A stretch of 24,066 bases of DNA from a virus (lineage: Duplodnaviria > Caudoviricetes), in IMG/VR virus record IMGVR_UViG_3300020727_000077, positions 1-24,066 of that record. One strand, 5' to 3'. Shown piece by piece: positions 16,354-24,066 of the stretch (position 1 is its first letter; each line of letters begins with the position of its first letter). The notes under the pieces were generated by a model, which saw only the letters and a program-made list of their open reading frames with translations, did not search any database and was not told the origin of the DNA. The position numbers and the translations under genes are program-made.

Positions 16354-16627
16354 ATCGCAAAAGGAGTTATATGGCAAGATTGCTAGATTGGGATGCTCAT
16401 TATGTAGGCATCTTATGCTTGGTGAAACGCCAGCAGAATTGCATCACATTAGACGAACTTCTAAAAGAAGTAATGCCCCTGTTATCCCATTATGTCCCTA
16501 TCACCATAGAGGAGCAAATACCAGTATTCACGGAATGGGTAGAAAGCGTTTTGAAAGAGAATACGAAATCACGGAAGAACAACTTTTGGTACAGACAAAG
16601 ATATTAATAGGAGAAGATTATGAATGA
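16346..16627 (+). CDS. Ref/DUF968-like Zn-binding HNH nuclease
   Basis: LGCSLC...AELHHIR...VIPLCPYHHRG...IH...FEREY...EEQLL. Confidence 0.8.
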   Translation: MNKSQKELYGKIARLGCSLCRHLMLGETPAELHHIRRTSKRSNAPVIPLCPYHHRGANTSIHGMGRKRFEREYEITEEQLLVQTKILIGEDYE

Positions 16628-16823
16628 ACATATTTGGACAGCAAGTGGTACTGATATTGAAGAACGCTGGAAATTACAAGGATGGGTTCGACCTTCTGAA
16701 ACTCCAGAAACTCAGGCAAAGTTTAAGTATTACCAAGAATTGCCATTACGCAAATTAGATGATGTTGCAAAAGTTCGTTACGAAGAAGTTTTAAAACGAA
16801 ATAAAGTAGTTCGTATTAAGTAG
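16620..16823 (+). CDS. hypothetical protein
   Basis: AGGAG RBS; last gene of the rightward operon; 8-nt convergent overlap with the endolysin. Confidence 0.75.
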   Translation: MNEHIWTASGTDIEERWKLQGWVRPSETPETQAKFKYYQELPLRKLDDVAKVRYEEVLKRNKVVRIK

Positions 16824-17397
16824 CTAATTTTTGCATTACCATTCGGATTTTAGCTTTACGATCATCTATACCAAGCGTGCCACCATTGATACGCTTGGTC
16901 ATAGTTTCAATATCCATCGTATCGGCTAAATCATTTAAGCCTTTTTTATTCCAAAACCAGCCAGCACTTAAAGCCGCATATTCAGGAGTAATAACCCATT
17001 CAGGATTGCTAAGCAAATCCACACTAAGACCAGATCCGCAGTTGGCATAGTTGTCTTTGCCAGTAAGTTGTATAAGCCCACGACCATGATACTTCCAACC
17101 ATCGCTATCTTCAACATTCCCCATTCTCCCACCATAGACTTTATTGGCTATTTTTTCAGGATTATTGGCATATTTTTCAGCCGTATCCATATCAGGAAAT
17201 CTTGAAGGCCAAGTTCTCATTAAAGCACTTGCGGAATAATGTAAGTTTTCTTCTAATACTCTAAAACCATTAGATTCGTGCATACATTGACCAATAAAAC
17301 AGGCTTGTCTTTGCTTGCTATTAATTCCATATTTTGCAAAAGTATCCTCTAAAGGCTTTTCCCATTGTTGGTTTATACCAATAGCATCTAAATTCAT
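16816..17397 (-). CDS. glycoside hydrolase family 19 endolysin
   Basis: FIGQCMHES, EENLHYS, DGWKYHGRGLIQLTGKDNY, SAGWFW and TKRINGG motifs. Confidence 0.95.
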   Translation of the reverse strand: MNLDAIGINQQWEKPLEDTFAKYGINSKQRQACFIGQCMHESNGFRVLEENLHYSASALMRTWPSRFPDMDTAEKYANNPEKIANKVYGGRMGNVEDSDGWKYHGRGLIQLTGKDNYANCGSGLSVDLLSNPEWVITPEYAALSAGWFWNKKGLNDLADTMDIETMTKRINGGTLGIDDRKAKIRMVMQKLAT

Positions 17398-17789
17398 AAT
17401 CCAGCCTGTTCTTTAATCCAATCTTGTAGCGATACTAATTGTTGCGTTGTGTAGGCACAAGCAAGTAGCTGGTCGGAGGTGCTTCCATTAGCTGTGCTGG
17501 AGGTATTGGAAAGGGTGGGCATTTGACCGCTACTGGAGTTGTGCAACCCACCATAATAAGACTTAAGAGCAGATAGCTTAGCTTCATAGGTTTCCTTAGA
17601 TGCTTTATTAATTAAATCTTGTTCTTTGATTTTTGCTTGATTTTCTGCAATTTGTTTTTCAGCGATTGATTGTATTTCTGCTTTATATATCTGAAAACGA
17701 TTATGCTCAATATAGCCATAAAAGCAACCAGATAAAAGTAATATAGCAAATCCAATTTTGACATAAGAAAGTATTGAAAGTGGAAACAT
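17394..17789 (-). CDS. i-spanin (Rz-like)
   Basis: N-terminal hydrophobic anchor, coiled coil, C-terminal LQDWIKEQ; contains an embedded lipoprotein gene. Confidence 0.85.
   Translation of the reverse strand: MFPLSILSYVKIGFAILLLSGCFYGYIEHNRFQIYKAEIQSIAEKQIAENQAKIKEQDLINKASKETYEAKLSALKSYYGGLHNSSSGQMPTLSNTSSTANGSTSDQLLACAYTTQQLVSLQDWIKEQAGL
17435..17587 (-). CDS. o-spanin (Rz1-like lipoprotein) embedded in the i-spanin
   Basis: Alternate frame with AAGGA RBS: MKLSYLLLSLIMVG-CTTPVAVKCPPFPIPPAQLMEAPPTSYLLVPTQRNN; lipobox-like Cys and Pro-rich mature part. Confidence 0.88.
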   Translation of the reverse strand: MKLSYLLLSLIMVGCTTPVAVKCPPFPIPPAQLMEAPPTSYLLVPTQRNN

Positions 17790-17971
17790 TATTCAATCGG
17801 CTTATTAGTTATAAAGCGAAGTATAGCAACGATAATGCCAATACCAATAAGGCTAATGCCATAATATTTTGGATCAATAAGGTTTTGGACATAAGAAAAA
17901 TTATCAAATAAAGCTCCAAATATTACAAGAGCAAAAGAAAACCACATAGTTTTAGATTTATGTGCTTTCAT
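17789..17971 (-). CDS. putative holin
   Basis: 60 aa, two hydrophobic helices, KSKTMWF...LRFITNKPI; within the lysis cassette. Confidence 0.75.
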   Translation of the reverse strand: MKAHKSKTMWFSFALVIFGALFDNFSYVQNLIDPKYYGISLIGIGIIVAILRFITNKPIE

Positions 17972-18201
17972 TTATCTGCCTTTTGCTCCAATTTTTCATA
18001 GAGTTTATCAAGTAATACTTCTATTCGATCAAAACGAACAGTCATATCACCTTTTTTTACATAATTTGTAGGAAGATCAATTTCAATTTCTTTAACATCT
18101 TCTTTAAGAGTTTGTACGGAGTCCCATATTTGACGACACCACCAGCCTACTGCGGCTAATATTGCACCGCCAGCTAAATTAAAAAGGGTTTGACCATCCA
18201 T
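17968..18201 (-). CDS. membrane-anchored lysis-cassette protein (holin/antiholin-like)
   Basis: One N-terminal TM segment followed by a coiled coil ending KLEQKADK. Confidence 0.65.
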   Translation of the reverse strand: MDGQTLFNLAGGAILAAVGWWCRQIWDSVQTLKEDVKEIEIDLPTNYVKKGDMTVRFDRIEVLLDKLYEKLEQKADK

Positions 18202-18244
18202 AAAACACCATTATTAGAGTTATTAAGAATCTTATTTTATGAAT

Positions 18245-18673
18245 TTAAAGCAATTTTACTACTTCTTCTGGTTTTACAAAAGCATCAGAATTATGTTCTG
18301 TATTTTCCCACCAGAGAAATTGATTCTTTGCTAAATATACTCTATCTTTTAAAAGATTGTTATTAATAGTATGTCCATAAATTAATGGATCGCTTACTGA
18401 CCATAATACTATTCCAGCTTTATTTTCAGACCACGCAAGATGCTGAAAAAAACTATCTACTCCTATCCAAGTATTACATTCTTTAATTAATAGCCTTAAT
18501 TCATTTATTGGAAGATTTTTACGGAAATCATCGACAAGTTGTTTTTCTCCTTCAATCCCTATTTGGACAATAGGTTCATTTATTAAAGATATAAGCTCTT
18601 TCCAAAATGGATAGTTTTTAGGATTTCTTTTACCGTTTATTAGCTTTTTAGCATAAGGGTGAATAATGATCAT
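18245..18673 (-). CDS. GT9 (heptosyltransferase-like) C-terminal domain protein
   Basis: IIIHP...KNYPFWKELI...IVQIG...WIGVDSFFQHLA...GIVLW. Confidence 0.8.
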   Translation of the reverse strand: MIIIHPYAKKLINGKRNPKNYPFWKELISLINEPIVQIGIEGEKQLVDDFRKNLPINELRLLIKECNTWIGVDSFFQHLAWSENKAGIVLWSVSDPLIYGHTINNNLLKDRVYLAKNQFLWWENTEHNSDAFVKPEEVVKLL

Positions 18674-19644
18674 AGATAAAGTTTCCTATAAGCATTTTCT
18701 AAGCTATCAGTCCATTTCCATTGATCCATTTTTTTATAAATATTCCAATGTTCTATATCCCCAAAAAGTGCTTTAGCTTCTGCAATAGATCGACAAGGAA
18801 TAATCTCAGGATAACAACCAAAAATAACAGGGTTTGGTATATCAGGAAGGAGCTTATTAAACACAATATGATCGCCAAGCCCACAATTAAGGATAATAAT
18901 AGTCTTATCTCTGTAGTTGATGATATTGCGATAAATTTGATCATCGTGAGCATACATTTCCTTTTTAGATTCGCTACGAATACCGCCTTCTGGATTTTTT
19001 AAATGCCATGTAACTGCGTGTGGTGCGGCAAGGATTCTATAGCCTTTTTGCTTTAATCCATAAGTGAACAAAGTTTCTTCTCTATGAGCAACTCTAGAAA
19101 GCCCTAAGTTGTAATCTTGAACTCCAGCACGATAAAGAAATGAACAATGAAGATGATCTACTTCTTTAATTTTAGAAATATTTGACCATTGAATATTTGG
19201 TTCAGTATCAATATTTTCTATTTTGCCAGTAGGAAAATATCCCTCAAATTGAAGCGGTGGAGTAAGAATAGAACCACCTACTGCTCCAATACTATCTATT
19301 GCTGTTGCGTAACTAAATAAATTTTTTAATACATCTGGTTCTGGAATAGCATCATCATCTACTCTCCAGACCCAATCAAATCCCATTTCATTGGCTTTCT
19401 GATGGATATGATGCTGACCTTTTTTTTCAGCAAATACCCATTCCCAAGCTATCTTTTTAAAATCTAATATCTGAAAGAAATGCTGATAAATCAATTCTTG
19501 TCGCATATCTTTTGGTTCATCATTATCATCAAATATCACCAGTTTATCGACTGGTTTAGACTGATTTATGATGGCACTTAAAACCAATGGAAGGGTAGTA
19601 AAGTATCTACCCCTAGTTGCTACTGAACATAGAACTTTAGGCAT
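18670..19644 (-). CDS. GT2-like glycosyltransferase with C-terminal GT9 N-domain-like segment
   Basis: LVIFDD, VWRVDDDAIP and HREETLF motifs; C-terminal IILNCGLGDHIVF. Confidence 0.8.
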   Translation of the reverse strand: MPKVLCSVATRGRYFTTLPLVLSAIINQSKPVDKLVIFDDNDEPKDMRQELIYQHFFQILDFKKIAWEWVFAEKKGQHHIHQKANEMGFDWVWRVDDDAIPEPDVLKNLFSYATAIDSIGAVGGSILTPPLQFEGYFPTGKIENIDTEPNIQWSNISKIKEVDHLHCSFLYRAGVQDYNLGLSRVAHREETLFTYGLKQKGYRILAAPHAVTWHLKNPEGGIRSESKKEMYAHDDQIYRNIINYRDKTIIILNCGLGDHIVFNKLLPDIPNPVIFGCYPEIIPCRSIAEAKALFGDIEHWNIYKKMDQWKWTDSLENAYRKLYL

Positions 19645-20872
19645 TTTCCCACCTACAGATCATTAAATTGCATGAATTATTTTGATCAACTGCTCTTAAA
19701 TGGCTAGTAATGTTGCCATGCTCATCTATATATTCAAACTTGAAATCAGGGAAATCAGCTTCAGTAAGCCCATGCAATTTGTGATGCTCACCCCAAAATC
19801 CTTTTGGCTCATTGTGGGGAACAGTAATTAGTAAAACTTTACAATGGCTTTGCAATAACTTTACAATCTCTAGCCCATTATCAAGGTGTTCAATGACTTC
19901 AAAAGCTATGATGGTGTCATATTGCCCAAGTTCATAGGAATTAATATCAGCCCATTCAAACTTAGCAGTTGGCAACCATTGTTGGTTTTTGGCTATATTT
20001 ACAATAATAGGGTCATAATCTAAGCCAAGATATTCAATATCTGATGGGAAGAATTGAACTCCATAGCCTGTAGAGCATCCAATTTCAAGGACATTCTTAC
20101 CAAATAGATTTTCATTAGCCCATTCATATCTTTGGGTTTCTCTAGGGAATACTGTATCATCTTTTAGAAATATTGCTCTTTCATAATTGTTTGAAAGTCT
20201 CCAGTAGTACCATTCTTTGTTGTATTTCTCTGCCAGCTTTAATTGATTAAGCAAGAACTTATCATACCAATTTTGGACTAAGGATGGGTCTAGCATTGTT
20301 CCTTCAGCTTTGTGATAGATGGGGAAAGTTCCATTGTTTCCACAATCTACAAGACTAAAGCCAGCTTGTTCTGCTTTTAGGCAAAACTCTATATCTTCAC
20401 ATCCACCAGTACCATAATCTTCATTAAGAAAATTAATAGTGTTGAAAACTTTGCAATCAATCAAAGCACAAAAGAAAATACCAAATCTTCTTTTAGTGAT
20501 TTCTGAATATTGACCTAATACATAATTGACATCACCCTTATCTAGCATATTCAACCATCTATTCTTTGGTTGTTCTAGCAAAATTGTGTCATTATTTAGC
20601 AAGATGATTTTGCTTGCTGAAGTTGCTTTGATGCCTTCATTAGTAGCTTTGGCAAAGCCTAAAGGTTCATCATTCCAAACCACTTTTAGATTAGGAATTG
20701 ATGTTTCTAAATAATGTAAATACCTAGAAGTATTGTCTATGCATCCATTAGCTGATATGACTAATTCAACATCAGCCATATCAGTCCATTTGATTATGGA
20801 ATCAATGCAGGGTTTAAGGTATTTTTCGCAGTTGTTATATGTTGGTATTACTATTGTATATTGTATTGTCAT
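19637..20872 (-). CDS. GT2 glycosyltransferase fused to class I SAM methyltransferase
   Basis: IVIPTYN, ILLNNDT and GGCEDIEFC; then VLEIGCSTGYG, YLGLD and FEVIEHL. Confidence 0.88.
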   Translation of the reverse strand: MTIQYTIVIPTYNNCEKYLKPCIDSIIKWTDMADVELVISANGCIDNTSRYLHYLETSIPNLKVVWNDEPLGFAKATNEGIKATSASKIILLNNDTILLEQPKNRWLNMLDKGDVNYVLGQYSEITKRRFGIFFCALIDCKVFNTINFLNEDYGTGGCEDIEFCLKAEQAGFSLVDCGNNGTFPIYHKAEGTMLDPSLVQNWYDKFLLNQLKLAEKYNKEWYYWRLSNNYERAIFLKDDTVFPRETQRYEWANENLFGKNVLEIGCSTGYGVQFFPSDIEYLGLDYDPIIVNIAKNQQWLPTAKFEWADINSYELGQYDTIIAFEVIEHLDNGLEIVKLLQSHCKVLLITVPHNEPKGFWGEHHKLHGLTEADFPDFKFEYIDEHGNITSHLRAVDQNNSCNLMICRWENA

Positions 20873-20875
20873 ATT

Positions 20876-21370
20876 TTAACTATACCATTTAGCTACTGGT
20901 TGTTCAGGAAATACTGCATCCCATGTAGGGTTTACGGCAATCTTACGGATTGCATTACGATATATTAAAAACTCATTTTGATTAGTCAAATAGGGGTTAT
21001 TGGCTGGGTTGGTAACATCAGGAATAGTTGTCCAATCAGTAGCATATAGCAGTTGGCTGGCAGTAGCTTGGTTTTGAGTAGTCAAAGTGTCGTGCATTTG
21101 CTGTATCTGCTCTGGGGTTAATTGTGCTACCTCTACTGTGTAAACCCAGTTTAAAGGTTGTGCTGGGTCTGTTATTAAAATATAAGGAGTAGCTGGTACT
21201 AAGCATTGAGTTGTGGGGTCATAGTCAAGATAAGTATTCACATACATACAGTTGTTTTCAACCATAAACTGTTCATTTGGTCCGCTAGAAGGAAAAGAAG
21301 TATCAGGATACATAGACTGGTAATCAGCTACATCAACCACTTGTCCATTTTCAATTTTAGCTATTAACAT
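20876..21370 (-). CDS. tail fibre assembly chaperone-like protein
   Basis: C-terminal LLYATDWT...YRNAIRKI...FPEQP; follows the lectin tail gene. Confidence 0.7.
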   Translation of the reverse strand: MLIAKIENGQVVDVADYQSMYPDTSFPSSGPNEQFMVENNCMYVNTYLDYDPTTQCLVPATPYILITDPAQPLNWVYTVEVAQLTPEQIQQMHDTLTTQNQATASQLLYATDWTTIPDVTNPANNPYLTNQNEFLIYRNAIRKIAVNPTWDAVFPEQPVAKWYS

Positions 21371-21378
21371 ATAAATCC

Positions 21379-23358
21379 TTATTGATTGGGGAATGCTGCA
21401 GTAGGTGGTGTAAAGTTAGCTGTATAACGAGCTATGCCGTTAGTAATCCGAATATCGTCTAAATAGCAGTTTGAGCTATTAGTAGGAGTTGGCAAATAAG
21501 CACCAATGCCTAAGTTATTGGATACATAGTTTGTAGAATCTGTGGTCCAGGTAGAACCTTGCTGAGTTCCATTTACAAACAAGCGTGTGTTTGTTCCGCT
21601 TCGAGTTAACGCAATGTGATACCACTGTCCGGTAGATAGGGCACTACCAGTAATTTGAGTTACGTTACTAACATAGTATGTCATTGCAGAACTAGCTAAT
21701 TGCAATACTGGCGCTGCTTGTGTACCTGTTGAGCGTTGGTCGTAAAAGTCACCGTTAGCCGTAGAGTTTAAATACAACCAAAACTCAATCGTAAAGTTAG
21801 CAGTTCCAAGCGTTGTATACGGCTGAGAAGGAACAGTCATGCCGTTACTACTTGCTGCATAAGATACTGAGCCTGTTCCATACTTAACTACGCTAGTGCT
21901 AACTTTGGGGTTAGATGCGGTAATTAAATCATTTTTACCGGCATTGTCATAAATACCAGCATTAGTGCCATTTAACAAAATTGATGTATTAGTAATTGCC
22001 GAAATTGGTGCGGTAGGAGGCGTAAAAGGCGCAGTATATAAACCAGTTCCTTTAAGGATTCGGAAGTTAGAAATGTAACCAGTAATAGGCAACGTAGTAT
22101 TGTTGTCTGCGCCTAAGTTTGGGTTTGTTCCTGTGTAGCTTGAAGTATCGGCTACTGTTCCACCTTGCTGACCATTAACAAAAAGATAAAGTTGTCCAGA
22201 TGTTCTTGATGCTGCAATATAATTCCAAGTATTCAAATTAAATAATACTGTGCTATTAATAAGGGTTGTGTTTGAAGTTATAATTTTACTAAGATTAATT
22301 ACACCTCCAGTTTGCTGGGTAATTACAAAAGCTCCGCTACTACCAGAATTATTGGCTGTAAGAAATATAAAAAAAGCACCAGCTACAGTAGGATAAAACC
22401 AAAATTCAACAGTAAAGTCTCCTGTTCCAAATGCAAATGCTGCATTGTTTGGAAAAGTTAGTCTTGACGCACCAGGGAAATATAAACTTCCACCATTAGT
22501 TCCTGTTGAATATGCAGAAGTTGGAGCATAAGGACTCCAGGGTTGTGCAGATGGTGTTCCAGTAACGGTAAATGCAAAGTTGTTGCTAGAGTTATCTACA
22601 AACCTATTTGATTGGCAAGTAAGTAATTTAGTGTTTGTAATAGCAGTAAGTGGTGTTGTAGAAGGTGTAAAGTTGCTTGTATACACAGCTGTACCGTTTA
22701 CTAGTCTTGCATTAGAAACATACCCAACCAAATAGTTTCCAGCAGTTGCTCCATTGCTTGCAATAGTTACACGACTTGCTGCATAGTTATTTGCATCTAC
22801 ATAACTAGAGCCTTCTTGCACTCCATTTAAAAACATTTTAGTTACTAATGTAGACCTAGAAACTGCAACATGATACCAAGTGCCTACTGTTAATGCTGTT
22901 GTTCCTGTAATTTGTGCTGCATTGGAAACAAAATAAGTAAGCACATTAGAAGCAGAAACATAAATTGCTGGTATTACCGCATTAGCTGTTCCACTATTTC
23001 TTTGGTCAATAATGTATTGAATTGCGCCTGTTGTAGTTAAATAAACCCAACATTCCATTGTAAAATCGCCAGTACCGTAAGTAAAAGCAGCATTAGTAGC
23101 TACAGTTAAATAAGAAGCAGTAGGGTTGTAGTTACTCCAATACCCAGCAGCTTGACTAAATGGTGTATATGTTCCTTGTGTGGGTGTGCCTGTTCTAGTA
23201 ACAGTAAAGTTGTTTGTCGATGAATCTAAGAAAGTATTGTTCTGCGCCCCATTAGTTCCATCGCCATGAAGCAATAAAGCTACTTGGTTAAAGTTTGCGT
23301 CACTAGTTGGTGCTACTGTTTGATTACCAGCGGCAGCCCTTAACATTTTACTAAGCAT
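21379..23358 (-). CDS. virion/tail protein with three LamG (ConA-like lectin) domains
   Basis: Three repeats G(T)xDFT(M/V/I)ExWxY...W(Y/N)(H/Y)(V/I)AxxR...F(L/V)NG...YTxxFTP. Confidence 0.88.
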   Translation of the reverse strand: MLSKMLRAAAGNQTVAPTSDANFNQVALLLHGDGTNGAQNNTFLDSSTNNFTVTRTGTPTQGTYTPFSQAAGYWSNYNPTASYLTVATNAAFTYGTGDFTMECWVYLTTTGAIQYIIDQRNSGTANAVIPAIYVSASNVLTYFVSNAAQITGTTALTVGTWYHVAVSRSTLVTKMFLNGVQEGSSYVDANNYAASRVTIASNGATAGNYLVGYVSNARLVNGTAVYTSNFTPSTTPLTAITNTKLLTCQSNRFVDNSSNNFAFTVTGTPSAQPWSPYAPTSAYSTGTNGGSLYFPGASRLTFPNNAAFAFGTGDFTVEFWFYPTVAGAFFIFLTANNSGSSGAFVITQQTGGVINLSKIITSNTTLINSTVLFNLNTWNYIAASRTSGQLYLFVNGQQGGTVADTSSYTGTNPNLGADNNTTLPITGYISNFRILKGTGLYTAPFTPPTAPISAITNTSILLNGTNAGIYDNAGKNDLITASNPKVSTSVVKYGTGSVSYAASSNGMTVPSQPYTTLGTANFTIEFWLYLNSTANGDFYDQRSTGTQAAPVLQLASSAMTYYVSNVTQITGSALSTGQWYHIALTRSGTNTRLFVNGTQQGSTWTTDSTNYVSNNLGIGAYLPTPTNSSNCYLDDIRITNGIARYTANFTPPTAAFPNQ

Positions 23359-24066
23359 TATGCATTACCTACTAAAGTACCATAAATAGTTGAACCTATT
23401 TTCCACAATTCAATATTAGTTGTTACTGTTGTAGAAAGAGTAGGTGCTGAACTACCAATCCAAGTAACAGGAACACTTGACCAAGTTATAGTATTTGAAC
23501 TAGCAGTAATTTGTAGTGTAAGACTAGCACCAGCAGTCCAAGTACCAGCAGTAGGAGTAGATGTTCCTGATAATGTCCAAGTCTGAATAGTTCCATTTGT
23601 AGGACTTAACGCTGGAGTTGTGCCTGTAACTGCATAAACTGTTTCAATAAGCCCAGTAAAAGTTGGGTTAGTAGCTAAAGCAACTACAGTCCCACTTCCA
23701 GAAGTTGTATAGCTTGTTCCCCATGCTGACCCTGTTGAGTTTGCAATGCCAGCACTAGGATAAACCATTGCTCCTGAGTAGCCTGAGTACCCAGAAATTC
23801 CGCTTCCACTATACCCAGATATGCCACTTCCTGAGTACCCGCTTATCCCGCTTGCCCCGCTATAGCCGCTAAATCCGCTAACTGTTACACCTGAGTATCC
23901 AGAATAGCCACTTATTCCAGAACCACTATATCCTGAGAAACCTGAAACTGTTGCACCAGAATATCCTGATGTTCCGCTATACCCGCTAAAACCAGAAACA
24001 GTTGCACCACTATAACCAGACCAGCCCGAGATTCCACTTCCCGAAAATCCTGAGTATCCACTAACC
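23358..24066 (-). CDS. tail-fibre-like protein with Ser-Gly-X repeats, C-terminal part (starts beyond window)
   Basis: The track ORF frame stays open to the window end: VSGYSGFSGSGISGWSGYSGATVSGFSGYSG...SGYSGAMVYPSAGIANSTGSAWGTSY... Confidence 0.85.
   Translation of the reverse strand, partial: VSGYSGFSGSGISGWSGYSGATVSGFSGYSGTSGYSGATVSGFSGYSGSGISGYSGYSGVTVSGFSGYSGASGISGYSGSGISGYSGSGISGYSGYSGAMVYPSAGIANSTGSAWGTSYTTSGSGTVVALATNPTFTGLIETVYAVTGTTPALSPTNGTIQTWTLSGTSTPTAGTWTAGASLTLQITASSNTITWSSVPVTWIGSSAPTLSTTVTTNIELWKIGSTIYGTLVGNA

Noticed and set aside
17724-17789. Unimolecular spanin, suggested by the LLSGC lipobox-like motif in the 131-aa ORF
   Set aside because: No C-terminal TM helix, and a separate embedded o-spanin exists, so a two-component spanin is more parsimonious.
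16150-20714. Track ORFs 16150..16332, 16371..16607, 18721..19002, 18753..18953, 20526..20714
   Set aside because: Shadow frames of better-supported genes.
23769-24066. Ice-nucleation protein
   Set aside because: Similar composition but lacks the AGYGSTxT 8/16-residue periodicity.
1-24066. Alternative genetic code
   Set aside because: Genes are full length and tightly packed under the standard code; TAA, TGA and TAG all act as stops.

Overview
This AT-rich window is part of a tailed dsDNA phage genome with an HK97-type head and a Gram-negative host (it encodes a spanin pair). It appears to span the whole non-structural region between the two ends of the structural operon. On the minus strand from the left: major capsid (partial), prohead protease, portal, TerL, TerS, HNH, a HAD-like protein, two TAGT/GREB1-like glycosyltransferases plus a ParB-N protein, a DUF932 protein, and a recombination operon (Sak, YqaJ exonuclease, SSB). 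A plus-strand block follows: RusA, a DUF1376 replication initiator with internal repeats, modular nin-like genes and nucleases. The right end is minus strand again: lysis cassette (GH19 endolysin, i-spanin with an embedded o-spanin the ORF track missed, holins), a second glycosyltransferase cluster, and tail genes (LamG lectin, Ser-Gly repeat fibre). No integrase or CI-like repressor is recognisable. The most striking unannotated element is a 76-nt tRNA-like RNA ending in ACCA (10766-10841, minus). Its CCUUUUCGUGG segment is complementary to the ribosome-binding regions of three early genes, suggesting a P4 CI / P1 C4-like antisense circuit. A structured leader also precedes the replication initiator. 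All calls come from reading motifs by eye; no database searches were run.
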